A stretch of DNA of 64,000 nucleotides, taken from the NCBI GenBank assembly GCA_963820525.1, contig CAWGAA010000001.1, forward strand, positions 256,001 to 320,000. Direction: 5' to 3'. Of this stretch, positions 9,125 through 19,986 are shown piece by piece (position 1 is the stretch's first letter; the number at the start of each line of letters is the position of its first letter). Both the position numbers and the translations under genes were made by a program. This DNA comes from an uncultured Spirochaetota bacterium (GTDB taxonomy: Bacteria > Spirochaetota > Spirochaetia > SZUA-6 > Fen-1364). The notes beneath the pieces are model-generated. The model saw only the letters and a list, made by a program, of their open reading frames with translations. It ran no database searches and had not been told where the DNA came from.

Positions 9125-9910
9125 TTACTCCTTTGCCTCGAAGCTCACCGTTTGAAGCTCGCCGCTTGAAGCAGCGGAAACTGAAAGTGTCCACCTTCCC
9201 TCCGAGGCCACCAGGGGAAAGACCGCGGGATTCGAGCCGTGGAGCGCAAGCCGGCGGCTCTGCACCTCCCTCCCCTCCTTCACGAGCGAAACGTGAACGG
9301 ACTCCGCCGCGCCGTCCCCCGCCGTCACCTTCACCTCGAGGGTGGTGCACGCGGGAATCGGTGTTTCAAGGGAGACTGTCCGGCTGCCTCCGCCCAGGGC
9401 GAGCTCCAATGCCGGCGGCTGCCACTGAAGAACCCGGCGAGCGCCGATGTAGCGGTCAGCGTAGTATTTCTCAGCGAGCGAGGAGACGATGACCCCCGTG
9501 CGCGCTCCCTCGGATGCCGAGTGCACGAAGCGCCCTCCGCCGACGAACAGCCCCACGTGGGATGGAGTGGTTCTGGAAGGGGTCCCCTTTTCGGAAGTGT
9601 CGAAAAAGAGGAGATCTCCGACGTGCAGGGGGGAGGCGGATTGCTTTGCGCGTGTAAAAAGGCCTTCGACGGTTCGCTCGAGGTCCATGCCGGCCGCTTC
9701 ACGGTAGACGGTCATGACGAGCCCCGAGCAGTCCATGCCGGAGGCGTCGCTTCCCGCATATCGGTACGGCGTTCCCAGGTACGCGAAGGCGGTCCACGCG
9801 AGCTTTCCCTGCAGAAGGAGGGACTCCCCGCCCGTAACGCGGGCATCGAGGGCTCCGGCCCCGAGGCAGGGGAGAAAGGCGAGCGCGCAGAACGCATTTC
9901 GCAATCTCAT
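9125..9910 (-). CDS. NlpC/P60 (C40) cell-wall peptidase with C-terminal extension
   Basis: YLGTPYRYAG, MDCSG, HVGLFVG and FVHS motifs; signal peptide. Confidence 0.88.
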   Translation of the reverse strand: MRLRNAFCALAFLPCLGAGALDARVTGGESLLLQGKLAWTAFAYLGTPYRYAGSDASGMDCSGLVMTVYREAAGMDLERTVEGLFTRAKQSASPLHVGDLLFFDTSEKGTPSRTTPSHVGLFVGGGRFVHSASEGARTGVIVSSLAEKYYADRYIGARRVLQWQPPALELALGGGSRTVSLETPIPACTTLEVKVTAGDGAAESVHVSLVKEGREVQSRRLALHGSNPAVFPLVASEGRWTLSVSAASSGELQTVSFEAKE

Positions 9911-9950
9911 GGAGAAAGGCTCCTTTTTCTAGGAATCGGCAGAAAGCCGC

Positions 9951-11084
9951 TCACTGTGCACCTCCCCGGCTCTGGGCGTAGCGGGAGAGGAACTCCTTCT
10001 TGTAGGCTGCAAATGAACCGCGCTCGATGGCCCGCCTGATTTCCTTGACGAGGCTCTGGATGAAGAAGAGATTGTGGCAGGTGGCGAGCACCGCGGCCTG
10101 GATCTCTCCGGCCTTGAAAAGGTGCCGCAGGTATCCTCGGGAGTGGGTGCGGCATGTCTCGCATTGGCAGGCGGGATCGATGGGAGAGAAATCCATCTTG
10201 TTTTTTTCCGCCCGCAGGGAGAGCGGTCCCGTGGAGGTGAAGACGAGGGCATTGCGGGCCGTGCGCGTGGGAAACACGCAATCGAAGAGGTCGATGCCGG
10301 TTTCCACCGCCTCCAGGATGTACTGGGGAGTTCCGATCCCCATGAGGTAGCGCGGCTTGTCCGCCGGGAGGAGCGCTGCCGCGTGGCCCAGCATGTCGCG
10401 GAACACCCCGAACTCCTCCCCCACGGACAGCCCGCCGATGGCGTAGCCGGGAAGGTCGAGGTCCACGATGCCCTCCGCGCTTTCCATCCTCATGTCCTTG
10501 AAGAAATTGCCCTGCATGATGCCGAAGAGCTCTCCCGTGAGGGGCGTTTGCCGGGATTCCCATTGTCCCTTGCTCTTCTTGAGCCACTCCGTGGTGAGGC
10601 GCAGGGCATCCCGGGCCTCATCGCGGGAGATTCCCGGGGGGGTGCAAACGTCCAGGGGCATCAGGACATCGCTTCCCAGTATTTGCTGGATCTCGATCAC
10701 GTCCTCGGGGGTCAGCCGGTGAGCCGAGCCGTCGATATGGGAGCGGAAGCTGATTCCCCCCTGCTCTATTTTTCGAAAAGGGGCGAGGGAGAATACCTGG
10801 TACCCTCCGGAGTCCGTGAGGATATTGTGCTTCCAGCCCATGAAGGCATGCAGGCCTCCCGCGCTCCTGACGACTTCCTTTCCCGGCCGCAGGTACAGGT
10901 GGTAGGTATTTGCGAGAATCAGCGTGATCCCCATCTTCTCCAGGTCCCTGTTCTTCATTGCCTTCACGGAGGCGTTCGTGCCGACAGGCATGAAGCAGGG
11001 CGTGGATACGGTGCCGTGATTCAGCGCGAGGGATCCCGTTCGGGCCGCGCACGAGGGGTCGATCCGTCCGACGGTGAAGGACAT
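9951..11084 (-). CDS. tgt: tRNA-guanine transglycosylase
   Basis: ILANTYHLYLRPG, TDSGGYQ, GGLSVGE, CQCETC zinc site. Confidence 0.96.
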   Translation of the reverse strand: MSFTVGRIDPSCAARTGSLALNHGTVSTPCFMPVGTNASVKAMKNRDLEKMGITLILANTYHLYLRPGKEVVRSAGGLHAFMGWKHNILTDSGGYQVFSLAPFRKIEQGGISFRSHIDGSAHRLTPEDVIEIQQILGSDVLMPLDVCTPPGISRDEARDALRLTTEWLKKSKGQWESRQTPLTGELFGIMQGNFFKDMRMESAEGIVDLDLPGYAIGGLSVGEEFGVFRDMLGHAAALLPADKPRYLMGIGTPQYILEAVETGIDLFDCVFPTRTARNALVFTSTGPLSLRAEKNKMDFSPIDPACQCETCRTHSRGYLRHLFKAGEIQAAVLATCHNLFFIQSLVKEIRRAIERGSFAAYKKEFLSRYAQSRGGAQ

Positions 11085-11106
11085 CAGGCCTCTCCTGTCT
11101 CCAGAG

Positions 11107-12186
11107 TCATGTCCGGGCCGTTCTGAAGAGCATCATGCCCAGCAGGAAGAAAAGGATGAATGGGCTCCACGCGCCCGCCAGCGGCGGGATGGAGCCGACG
11201 GATGAGAGGATCGCGGAGAGGTATTGAGCCACGTAGAAGACCACGGCGATGATGAGCACGGCGAGCAGGCTCATTAGGAGCGTGTTCTTGCGGAACGTGC
11301 TGCCCAGCGAGCTTGCGATCAAGGCCACGATCAGCGGCGTACAGGCGAAGGAGAACTTGCGGTAGTAGTCGGTGAGGGGCTCCAGGTACGAGTAGCCGGT
11401 CCTTTTCAGCGTCGCCACATAGCTTCGCGCCTCGGCCAGGTTCATGTCGATGACGTTTCTCGTCGGCCGCTTGAAGGTGGCCAGGGGCTCCGAGAAGCGC
11501 GGGGAATCGAGCATGTCCTGGCGCGCATCGCTGAGCTCCCGCCGGGCATCGTCCCAGGTGAACACGCGACAGTTGAAGAACACCCAATGGGTGTACCGCC
11601 ATTCTCCCCATTGGGCGTCGATTCGCTGCTGCAGGGTGCCGTCCGGGGAGCGCACGACGAGCGTCACCCCGTCGAGGCGTTTGAGGGCGTCATTGTAGTA
11701 ATCGGCCTGGTAGATCACCGTGTTGTCCGCGCTGATCACCGTGGCGTTGGACTGGCTTGCGGGGCTCGTCTGTTTGACCGCTATGGCGTAGGCGACGTTT
11801 CGTTCCCGCAGGGTCGGAATGACGACGGCGTCTTCGAAAAAGAACCCCCCGGCGCTCAAGAGGACCCCGAAAAGCACGAAGGGCACCACCAGGCGGTACA
11901 GGCTGACCCCCGAGCCGAAGATGGCGAAGAGCTCGTTGTTGCTGTAGAAGATCCCCAATGAATAGGAAACGCCGAAGAGGAAGGCCACGGGGAGGGAGAA
12001 AGATACGCACTTGGGCAGGTACAGGAGGGCAAGGTATCCGATCTGGGCCGCGGTGACGTCGTGGGCGAGGTAGCGCCAGATGTTTCCGAAAAGGTCTATG
12101 ATCTGGAGGATCAGCACGAAGAAGAGCACGGCGGTGATGAAAAGGGGGATGAAGGTCTTGAGAACCATCCGGTCAATGAGCGTCAT
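11107..12186 (-). CDS. lptG: LptF/LptG-family permease (LptG-like)
   Basis: Start MTLIDR at 12186; NNELFAIFGSGVSLYRL; 3+3 TM layout; YYRKFSFAC. Confidence 0.8.
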   Translation of the reverse strand: MTLIDRMVLKTFIPLFITAVLFFVLILQIIDLFGNIWRYLAHDVTAAQIGYLALLYLPKCVSFSLPVAFLFGVSYSLGIFYSNNELFAIFGSGVSLYRLVVPFVLFGVLLSAGGFFFEDAVVIPTLRERNVAYAIAVKQTSPASQSNATVISADNTVIYQADYYNDALKRLDGVTLVVRSPDGTLQQRIDAQWGEWRYTHWVFFNCRVFTWDDARRELSDARQDMLDSPRFSEPLATFKRPTRNVIDMNLAEARSYVATLKRTGYSYLEPLTDYYRKFSFACTPLIVALIASSLGSTFRKNTLLMSLLAVLIIAVVFYVAQYLSAILSSVGSIPPLAGAWSPFILFFLLGMMLFRTART

Positions 12187-13465
12187 CGGGAGAGCCTCAA
12201 AGTGTAGATCACTCCCCCGGCGGCCAGAACGATGAGGTCCGGAAGCCACATCGACAGGGCGGGGGGAAGATCCATGCGCCCGCCGAAGGTCTGACCCACC
12301 AGAAGGAGCCCGTAATACAGGATCGATACGAGGAGGCCCACCGCGAACCCGACGGTCCTGCCGCTCCTTCGTGCCATCAGCCCGATGGGAAAGGCGAAGA
12401 AAGCGAAGACCATGCAGGCGATGGGGAGGCTGAACTTGCGGTGGAACTCGACGAGATAACTCTGCAGGGCCTGTCGGACACGTCCCGGGCCTCCTCCGTC
12501 AGGAGACCCCGGTAGAGAGCGTCGATGTTCTTCTTCACGGCGGGCAGCTTCGTCGGGTCCGATCCCGCCTCCAGCTCTCCCGCCAAGATAGCCGACGAGA
12601 GGCCGTAGAGCATGGCCGCGACGTGCTCCGCCTTGTCCCGCTCCTTTTCCGCCTGGTCCCGTCTCATCTTCTGGATCTGCTTCCACACGTCCACCGAGCT
12701 CTGCTGCGACGGCCCGAGGCTCCCGATTGCAGCCGTGATGTTCTTCAGAAGTATCGTATAGACCATCGAATCGGCGAAGAAATAGTCGTAGCGGTCGCCT
12801 TCCTTCGGGAGGCTCACCTGGCTGAATACCTTGTCCAGGGTGAGGGACACGACCCCCCGTGCCTCGGCGCTTTCGGAGAGCGACGCCGCCTTTGCCAGGA
12901 TCAGGCGCCTGTTGCCCTCCGCTGTTTTATCGATGATGAGCACGTCCGTGATCCGTCTTCCCTCCACGCCTCCCGTGATGATGATCGTGTTTTCATACTT
13001 CTTGATCGAGTGCGGCTCGAGCTCCACGGCGGGGTTGGCGTAGATCACCCTCCTGTAGATCTCCGCGAACCTTATGCTTCCCAGCGGGAAGAAGTAGTCG
13101 TTCATGACGAAAGAGACGGCGGAGAAGGCCAGGCCCAGCGCAAGGAGGGGCACGAGGAGGTGGCGCGGAGGAATCCCGAGCACACTGAAGGCGAGAAACT
13201 CGTGGTCGGACGACAGCCGACCCACCGCCATCAGGGAGCCGACCAGCGAGCCGAAGGGAAAGGAAAGCGCGACGACGAAGGGAAGGGAATAGATGACCAG
13301 CTTGATGACGTCCCAGAACGGCACCTTCTTGGAAAAGATCTGATACGCGAGGAGCAGGATCTGGTTCACGAAAAAGATGAAGAAAAAAAAGAGGAAGGCG
13401 ACGGTGAAGGAGAAGAGGAACTCCCGGCCTACGTAGAGCCAGGTCCTTCTAAAACTCCGTGCCAT
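12183..13465 (-). pseudogene. lptF: LptF/LptG-family permease (LptF-like) with a 1-nt frameshift near 12470, probably an assembly error
   Basis: N-terminal part is in ORF 12377-13465 (GRLSSDHE); C-terminal part (LVEFHRKFSLPIAC...WLPD) is in another frame. Adding 1 nt gives a single 428-codon frame. Confidence 0.8.
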
Positions 13466-14951
13466 CCCCTCCCCCGTCCTGTCCCTCGGTGAACCGCGCC
13501 ACCCCCGCCCCGAGCGTACCGAAGAAAACGTAGGGCGCCCGATACGCGATGGCGGTGATGTCGAGCGAGGCGAGCCCGTCTGAGATGCCGAGCCTCCGCC
13601 AGGTCCCCGCGCCCTTCGAGAGCACGCTCACCCCGCCCCCGAAGCTTCCGAAGTAGATCCCCGCCGGAGTCTCACATGCGGAAAGGATCCAGTCGTCGCC
13701 GATCTCGCCGCTTGAGCGCGTGAACGAGCGGATCGTATCCTTTCCTCCCGTCCAGAGGAAGAGGCCTTCGCCGTAGGTGCCGATCCAGATTCTCCCGAGG
13801 CTGTCGTGAAGCACGGAAGTGATATTGGAGGCGGCGATCTCGGGATGCTCTTCGGAGAGCCTGCGCATGGCCCCGGATTGGAGGTCGAGTATGATGAGCC
13901 CCAGCGTCATCGTCCCCACCAGGAGCTTCGTCCCGGTCCGATCGGGGGCGAGGCAGGTGATGAACGGGCCGGGAAGCCCTCCATCCTCCACCCGCATCCA
14001 GGTGCCGGATCGAAGCCTGAAGAGGCCGTCTCCGAGCGTTCCCGCGTAGAGCTCACCTCCCGCCTCCGCCAGAGCCTGGACATTGGGAGGTTCAGCCAGG
14101 CCGAGATTTTCAGGGGGTCCCCAGCGGGATGAGACCTTGGAGAACCAGAAGAGCCCTTCCGAGGTTCCCACCCATACCCGTCTGGCGAGGATCTCTATGG
14201 AGCGGACCGTCGTCGCCGGCGTGGAGAAGGGAAGTCGATCTCCCGACGCCACCGAGTAGCGGGAGAGTCCGCCGTTCCAGGTTCCCACCCACACGTCGTC
14301 GCCATCCGCGTGGATGAAGGACACGTTCTCGTCGGAGAGGCCGAGCGATTCGGCAGAGAGGGTTTCCCATCGCAGGCGGTGGGAAAGCGCTTTGTACAGG
14401 ATCGCATCCTGCGCTCCCAGCCGCTCGCCTCTGACGCGCATGAAATAATACCGCGCGGCGGTGGCATCCCGGCCCGTGTAAAGGGTGAGCTCAGCGGTCC
14501 TGAGCAGGGCCCGATCAATGTCGGTGAGACCGGTCCCCTTCGCCGAGGTCTCGACGGCGATCCTGTAGTATTCGAGGGCCGTGCTATACGAATCGCTTTT
14601 ATAGCAGGAGTCCGCGATCTTGAGGGCGAACGGAGAGACCGTTTTCGAATCGGGCTCGAATGCCATGAGAGCGCTCAGGAAGTAGCGGGCGCGGAGAACG
14701 TCATCGCGGGCAAGGCTGATCTCGATCGACAGCGCAAGGGAATCCGCGGCCTCGGGAGAGCCGGGATAGCGGGAGCGCAGCTCCCGGAGGATCGAAAGGG
14801 CTTCTCCCGTGCCGCCCTGGCGGAAGATGTGGTCCGCCCTTTCGAACATGGCGCGGGCGCTCGGGTCCTCGGCTGCCGCCATCGCGGCTGCAAGGACAAG
14901 GGCGGCTGTGATGAGGATGAGGCGGACCGGCCTATGATCCCGTGGATCCAA
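13449..14951 (-). CDS. Exported TPR plus beta-propeller (two-component-regulator propeller-like) protein
   Basis: Signal-like [19 protein letters not shown]-terminal TPR-like helices; repeated WVGT/WIGT/GGLS blades. TTG start at 14951 is inferred. Confidence 0.7.
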   Translation of the reverse strand: MDPRDHRPVRLILITAALVLAAAMAAAEDPSARAMFERADHIFRQGGTGEALSILRELRSRYPGSPEAADSLALSIEISLARDDVLRARYFLSALMAFEPDSKTVSPFALKIADSCYKSDSYSTALEYYRIAVETSAKGTGLTDIDRALLRTAELTLYTGRDATAARYYFMRVRGERLGAQDAILYKALSHRLRWETLSAESLGLSDENVSFIHADGDDVWVGTWNGGLSRYSVASGDRLPFSTPATTVRSIEILARRVWVGTSEGLFWFSKVSSRWGPPENLGLAEPPNVQALAEAGGELYAGTLGDGLFRLRSGTWMRVEDGGLPGPFITCLAPDRTGTKLLVGTMTLGLIILDLQSGAMRRLSEEHPEIAASNITSVLHDSLGRIWIGTYGEGLFLWTGGKDTIRSFTRSSGEIGDDWILSACETPAGIYFGSFGGGVSVLSKGAGTWRRLGISDGLASLDITAIAYRAPYVFFGTLGAGVARFTEGQDGGGDGTEF

Positions 14952-15369
14952 AACCCCCGTCCCCCCTCTTGGTTTCGGAAACCGCCTCTCCAAGCCGGAA
15001 GGCAACGCGCGTCACCTCGGCGAATACGAGCTGCGCGATGCGGTCTCCCGGGCGGATGATGAAATCCTCTTTCCCCAGATTGATGAGAATGACTTTCACC
15101 TCTCCCCGGTAGTCGCTGTCAATGGTGCCGGGGGCGTTCAACACGGTGACGCCGTGGCGCACGGAGAGTCCAGAGCGCGGCCGCACCTGGGCCTCCAGGC
15201 CCCTGGGGATATCGAGGACGATCCCCGTCGGGATCAGGGAGCGCTCTCCCGGCTTCAGGACAATGTCGGTTTCGATGCACGCCATGAGGTCAGCCCCCGA
15301 GGCGCCGGGCGACTGGTATGCGGGGACACAGCGGGGGTTTCCCGTGCAGGAAACGATCTTCTCCTCCAT
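14932..15369 (-). CDS. dut: dUTP diphosphatase
   Basis: [35 protein letters not shown]. Confidence 0.96.
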   Translation of the reverse strand: MEEKIVSCTGNPRCVPAYQSPGASGADLMACIETDIVLKPGERSLIPTGIVLDIPRGLEAQVRPRSGLSVRHGVTVLNAPGTIDSDYRGEVKVILINLGKEDFIIRPGDRIAQLVFAEVTRVAFRLGEAVSETKRGDGGFGSTGS

Positions 15370-15378
15370 GGACTTCTC

Positions 15379-16638
15379 CTAGAAAGAGAAATCGAAGCCT
15401 CTCAGGGCTCCAATGCCGCGGGTGCCGTAGGCGAGGAGGCTGAAGGCTTCCCGCCTGACAAAGGTGGCGACGAAGCTCTCCGCGTCGCCGGGCTTCACCC
15501 CTTCTATCATCGCAACCGATTCATCGAAGTCGAGCACCCTCCCGATCATCGTGAACTGGCGGACCAGCCGTTTCATCCGCGACTCCATGTCCTCGCGGGA
15601 GAGGGTCATGGAGCCGATGAGGTGGCTCTTTGCATCGGCGATCTCCGCCGCGCTCAGGGGCTCCCTGCGAAGACGCGCGAGCTCTCCATCGAGGGCAGCC
15701 AAAAGCTTCTTCGCGAGCTTGGGAATGGCGTTCGCGTAGAGGGTGAGCTGCCCCGTATCGGAATGGAAGGTGCGGAAGGAATAAACGGTATAGCAGAGGC
15801 CCCGTTCCTCGCGAAGCCGCTGGAACAGGCGCGAGCTCATCGATTCGCCGAATGCCGTGCTGAACACGAGCGATGTGTAGTAGTGGCCGATGTCGTGGTC
15901 GAGTGGATAGCACGTGCCCGCGTAGATCTGCACCTGCGTGAAGCGGTCAGCCGAGAACTCGGTGAAGCGGCCGAACGGCGGCGGCGTGCGCGCGGGCAGG
16001 GAAGCCTCTCCCGCGGATGCGCTGAAAGCCGCCTGGGCAAGCGCGCGCGCCTCGGCCGGATCGAAGTTGCCTGCCACCGCGACGATGGTGTTCGACGCCA
16101 CCAGTCTTCGTCTGTAGAAATCATCGAGGCGCTCCCTGTTGATCGCCTCCACCTCAGCGACCTCTCCCGTGATCTTTCGCGCCAGTGGGTGATCTCCCCA
16201 CATCCGGCGGAGGAACCGCTCGTGGCCTTTCTCCTCGGGGGAATCGTCGATGGAAAGGATCTCGTTCACGACAACGGCCTTCTCCTTTTCCATCTCCCCG
16301 GAGTCCAGGGATGAGGAGGAGGCCATGTCGGAGAGCACGCTGAATGCCAGGCGGATGTGCTCGCGGGGGATGACGACGTAGATGCAGGTGACCTCTTTTT
16401 CGGTGAAGGCATTGATGATGCCTCCCACCCTGTCGATCTCCTGCGCGATCTGGAGCGCCGTGCGCGAGGCGGTGCCCTTGAAGAGCATGTGCTCCAGGAA
16501 GTGGGAGAGCCCCCGCTCCCCTTCCCCCTCGTCCCGCGAGCCGTGGAGGTACCAGAATCCGATCGAGAGGGTGTCTGTTCGGTCAACCGGCTCGAGGAGC
16601 AGGTGCGCTCCGCAAGCCAGTTTTTCCGTAAGGATCAA
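15379..16638 (-). CDS. M16-family zinc peptidase
   Basis: HFLEHMLFKGT (HxxEH), NAFT, SSRLFQRLREERGLCY; usual position after pnp. Confidence 0.92.
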   Translation of the reverse strand: MILTEKLACGAHLLLEPVDRTDTLSIGFWYLHGSRDEGEGERGLSHFLEHMLFKGTASRTALQIAQEIDRVGGIINAFTEKEVTCIYVVIPREHIRLAFSVLSDMASSSSLDSGEMEKEKAVVVNEILSIDDSPEEKGHERFLRRMWGDHPLARKITGEVAEVEAINRERLDDFYRRRLVASNTIVAVAGNFDPAEARALAQAAFSASAGEASLPARTPPPFGRFTEFSADRFTQVQIYAGTCYPLDHDIGHYYTSLVFSTAFGESMSSRLFQRLREERGLCYTVYSFRTFHSDTGQLTLYANAIPKLAKKLLAALDGELARLRREPLSAAEIADAKSHLIGSMTLSREDMESRMKRLVRQFTMIGRVLDFDESVAMIEGVKPGDAESFVATFVRREAFSLLAYGTRGIGALRGFDFSF

Positions 16639-18884
16639 TCCTCTCTCCGGTGGGGCCGATGCGGCCGATCCGGTCCGTCATGCCCGTGGGATCTGTCGGA
16701 GCCCTCCCGCCCGTAGGGCGGCCGGCGCCTGTCGGGCCCCCGGCCTCTATCGCCCCCATCGCGGGAGCGCGGCCGCTCGGGCCTGGCCTGGGCATTTTCC
16801 GGGTGCGCGGCTATGGATTCCAGGGTCGCAAGGTTGATCCTGCCCATCTTGTCGACATCGGTAACCTTGACCTCGAGCTCCTGGCCCTCGCTTACGACGT
16901 CCGCGGGGTTCTCCACCCTCTGCGCGGCCAGCTTGGACACGTGAACGAGCCCTTCCTTGCCGGGAAGGATCTCAACGAAGACGCCGAAGTCCATGATCCT
17001 CTTCACGGTCCCCTTGTAGGTCTTTCCCACAACGGGCTCCTCGATCATGCCCTCGATTATCTTCTGGGCCATCTCGGCCCCTTCCTTCTGGCGGCAGTAG
17101 ATTGTCACGGTCCCGTCGTCGTCGATGTTGATCGTGGACCCCGATTTTTCGCTCATCCCCTTGATGTTCTTGCCGCCCGGCCCGATTATCAGGCCGATCT
17201 TCTCCGTGGGGATGCGGATCGAGATGACCTTGGGGGCGAGATCCGAGACGTCGCTCCTGGGCTGGGCGATTGTCGAGTTCATTATGGAAAGGATGTGAAG
17301 CCTTCCCTCACGCGCCTGTTCCAGCGCCTTGGTGAGGATCTCCACGCTCACGCCCTCGATCTTGATGTCCATCTGGATGGCCGTTATCCCCGAGTCCGTT
17401 CCCGCAACCTTGAAATCCATGTCCCCGAGGTGGTCCTCCTCTCCGAGGATGTCGGAGAGCACGACGAACTTGTCCCCTTCCTTCACGAGGCCCATGGCTA
17501 TTCCGGCCACGGACTTCTCGATATGCACTCCGGCGTTGAGAAGGCTCAAAGTTCCGCCGCACACCGTGGCCATGGAGGACGAGCCGTTGGATTCCAGGAT
17601 CTCGGATACGACACGGATCGTATAGGGGAAGGATTCCTTGGGGGGGAGCACCCTCTCAAGCGCCCTCTCGGCGAGGTGGCCGTGGCCGATCTCGCGCCTG
17701 CCCGGAGAGGAGAGACGCCCCGTCTCGCCCACTGAGAACGGAGGGAAGTTGTAGTGAAGCATGAAGCGCTTGGTGCTGTCACCCTCGATGTTGTCCAGGA
17801 TCTGCTCGTCAAGGGCCGTGCCGAGCGTCGTGACGACCAGGGCCTGCGTCTCTCCCCGGGTGAAAAGCGAGGAGCCGTGGGTCCGGGGAAGGAAGTCGAT
17901 CTCGCAGGTGATGGGCCGGATCTCCTCGGGCTTGCGTCCATCCGTGCGGAGTCTCTTCTCTATGATTGACTTGCGGAGGATCTGCTGCTCCATCTCTTCG
18001 AAGAGGGCGCCCACGGCCTTGGCGTCGGTTTCCTCGAGCTTCTCCGCGAACTTCTCCAGCGCCTCGGTCTTGAGGGCCTTGATCGCCTTGGCCCTCTCGT
18101 GCTTCCCCTTGACGAAACAGGCCGCTTCAAGCTTCCCGTACGCCCACGAGCGGATCTCATCCGCGGCCGCCAGGACGGCCTCCTTTTCAGCAACCTCGAT
18201 CTTCTGTTTTCCCGCCATGCGGGCGAGCTCGAGCTGGATCCCGCAGAGGTCCTTGATGGTCAGGTGTGCTTTCTCGATGGCCTCGACGAGGAGGCTTTCC
18301 GGGACCTGGGATGCCCCACCCTCCACCATCGTGATGCCCTTCATGGTGCCGGCCACGATGAGGTCGATCTTGCTTTCCTGGATCTGGTCGTAGGTGGGGT
18401 TCACCACCACCGCTCCGTTCACGTATCCCACCCTCACGGCGCCGATGGGGCCGCCAAAGGGGATGTCGGACAGGGTGACCGCCGCGGATGCCGCGTTCAT
18501 CGCAACCACGTCCGGCGGGTTCACCTGATCCGTAGAGATCGCGATGGGGATGACCTGGATTTCATGCTTGAAGCTCTTCGAAAAGAGCGGCCGCAGTGGA
18601 CGGTCTATGAGGCGCGAGACCAGGATCTCCTTGTCCTTCGGCCTGCCCTCCCTTTTGATGAATCCGCCGGGGATCTTCCCGGCGGCGTAGTACTTCTCGA
18701 TATAATCGACTGAAAGGGGGATGAAGTCGATGTCTTCCAGCTCCCGTTCGCCGAAACAGGCCGTGGCTAGAACCGCCGAACCGCCCAGACGGGCGAAGAC
18801 CGCCCCATTAGCCTGTTTTGCCATGCGGCCGGTTTCCAGGACCAGCTCGTCTTCCCCGATCCTGTATGAGACACGATGTGCCAT
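16635..18884 (-). CDS. pnp: Polyribonucleotide nucleotidyltransferase
   Basis: GKIPGGFIKREGRP, RREIGHG, DHLGDMDFKVAGT, KH and S1 domains. Confidence 0.97.
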   Translation of the reverse strand: MAHRVSYRIGEDELVLETGRMAKQANGAVFARLGGSAVLATACFGERELEDIDFIPLSVDYIEKYYAAGKIPGGFIKREGRPKDKEILVSRLIDRPLRPLFSKSFKHEIQVIPIAISTDQVNPPDVVAMNAASAAVTLSDIPFGGPIGAVRVGYVNGAVVVNPTYDQIQESKIDLIVAGTMKGITMVEGGASQVPESLLVEAIEKAHLTIKDLCGIQLELARMAGKQKIEVAEKEAVLAAADEIRSWAYGKLEAACFVKGKHERAKAIKALKTEALEKFAEKLEETDAKAVGALFEEMEQQILRKSIIEKRLRTDGRKPEEIRPITCEIDFLPRTHGSSLFTRGETQALVVTTLGTALDEQILDNIEGDSTKRFMLHYNFPPFSVGETGRLSSPGRREIGHGHLAERALERVLPPKESFPYTIRVVSEILESNGSSSMATVCGGTLSLLNAGVHIEKSVAGIAMGLVKEGDKFVVLSDILGEEDHLGDMDFKVAGTDSGITAIQMDIKIEGVSVEILTKALEQAREGRLHILSIMNSTIAQPRSDVSDLAPKVISIRIPTEKIGLIIGPGGKNIKGMSEKSGSTINIDDDGTVTIYCRQKEGAEMAQKIIEGMIEEPVVGKTYKGTVKRIMDFGVFVEILPGKEGLVHVSKLAAQRVENPADVVSEGQELEVKVTDVDKMGRINLATLESIAAHPENAQARPERPRSRDGGDRGRGPDRRRPPYGREGSDRSHGHDGPDRPHRPHRRED

Positions 18885-18905
18885 ATTTCTCCTTGCTTTC
18901 TTGAG

Positions 18906-19175
18906 TTACTTTCGCAGATTGAGCCGCTCTATGATCTGTCGGTATTTCGCCAGATCCTTGACCCGCAGGTATGCCAGAAGCCGGCGCCTTTGGCCGACAA
19001 GCTTGAGCAGCCCCCTGCGTGAATTGTTGTCCTTCGGATGTACCTTGAAGTGCCCCGTGAGCTCCTCGATCCGTTTCGTGAGGAGAGCGATCTGCACTTC
19101 CGTCGAGCCGGTGTCCTTTTCCGATACACCGTAGCTCTTGACGATCTCGAGTTTTGAATCCTTTGTCAGAGGCAT
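18906..19175 (-). CDS. rpsO: 30S ribosomal protein S15
   Basis: Start MPLTK after an [36 protein letters not shown]. Confidence 0.97.
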   Translation of the reverse strand: MPLTKDSKLEIVKSYGVSEKDTGSTEVQIALLTKRIEELTGHFKVHPKDNNSRRGLLKLVGQRRRLLAYLRVKDLAKYRQIIERLNLRK

Positions 19176-19191
19176 CGTGGACTCCTTTCCT

Positions 19192-19986
19192 TTAGTCCGA
19201 TAAAAATCTTGCTTCCGTGATCTTCCCGCCGCCGGAGAGCTCCAACTCAACGGAATCCTCTCGGACCGTGAGCAGGCCTGAAACAGCCGCGGCCTCCGCC
19301 TCACAGGAGACCGGGTAGCTGCCCGGTTTGGGAAGACATTGCCGAATGTCGAATCTCCGCACCCGTATGGCGCGGAGGGTGCCGCGAAGACTTTCCCCCA
19401 GCAGGGGAACGTGTCGCAGGTCAATGGAGTGGCTGGCAGCGAGCATCGCGCGCGCCTCGCCGAGCGACCCTTCCCGGATCGCGGTCCTGATGCGGGAGCT
19501 GGAGACGGGTGCATCGCCGTAGAGAACGGGTTGAGCAACAAAAATCTCGGTTTTCGTGCCTCGAAGCATTTCCCCAAGTGCCCGCGCGTCCGTGTCCCTG
19601 TCCTTACCGAATCGAAAGTTGTATCCGACCGCGAGTTTCTCGATGGTAAGATTTTCCCTCAAGCTGCGGACAAAAGCCTTCCCTGATAGTCTACTCAATT
19701 GCTCGGAAAAGTCAATTACCACGACCGCGCCGATGCCCAGCGCTTCGAGCCGCTCGAGCTTCTGTTCGATGGTCAGGATCGGGCCGGGAAACGAATCCCG
19801 GGCCAGCACGAGCGCAGGGTTTTCCCGAAAAGTGACGATCAGGGGCAGTGCGCTGCTTCCCGTAACGGCACTCAAAAGCCTCCGATGACCGAGGTGGACC
19901 CCGTCGAAGACGCCGATGGAGAGGCTTACGGGGGACTGTATGCCCGATTTTCCGGCAAGAAGGTCCTCCCACGAAACCACCTTCAC
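19192..19986 (-). CDS. ribF: FAD synthetase (RibF family) with degenerate C-terminal kinase domain
   Basis: [25 protein letters not shown]; no PTAN kinase motif. Confidence 0.85.
   Translation of the reverse strand: MKVVSWEDLLAGKSGIQSPVSLSIGVFDGVHLGHRRLLSAVTGSSALPLIVTFRENPALVLARDSFPGPILTIEQKLERLEALGIGAVVVIDFSEQLSRLSGKAFVRSLRENLTIEKLAVGYNFRFGKDRDTDARALGEMLRGTKTEIFVAQPVLYGDAPVSSSRIRTAIREGSLGEARAMLAASHSIDLRHVPLLGESLRGTLRAIRVRRFDIRQCLPKPGSYPVSCEAEAAAVSGLLTVREDSVELELSGGGKITEARFLSD

Noticed and set aside
6222..9350. Apparent 1042-aa fusion ORF
   Set aside because: Only the last 444 aa (HEAT protein from 7556) look real; the rest is an alternative frame over murJ.
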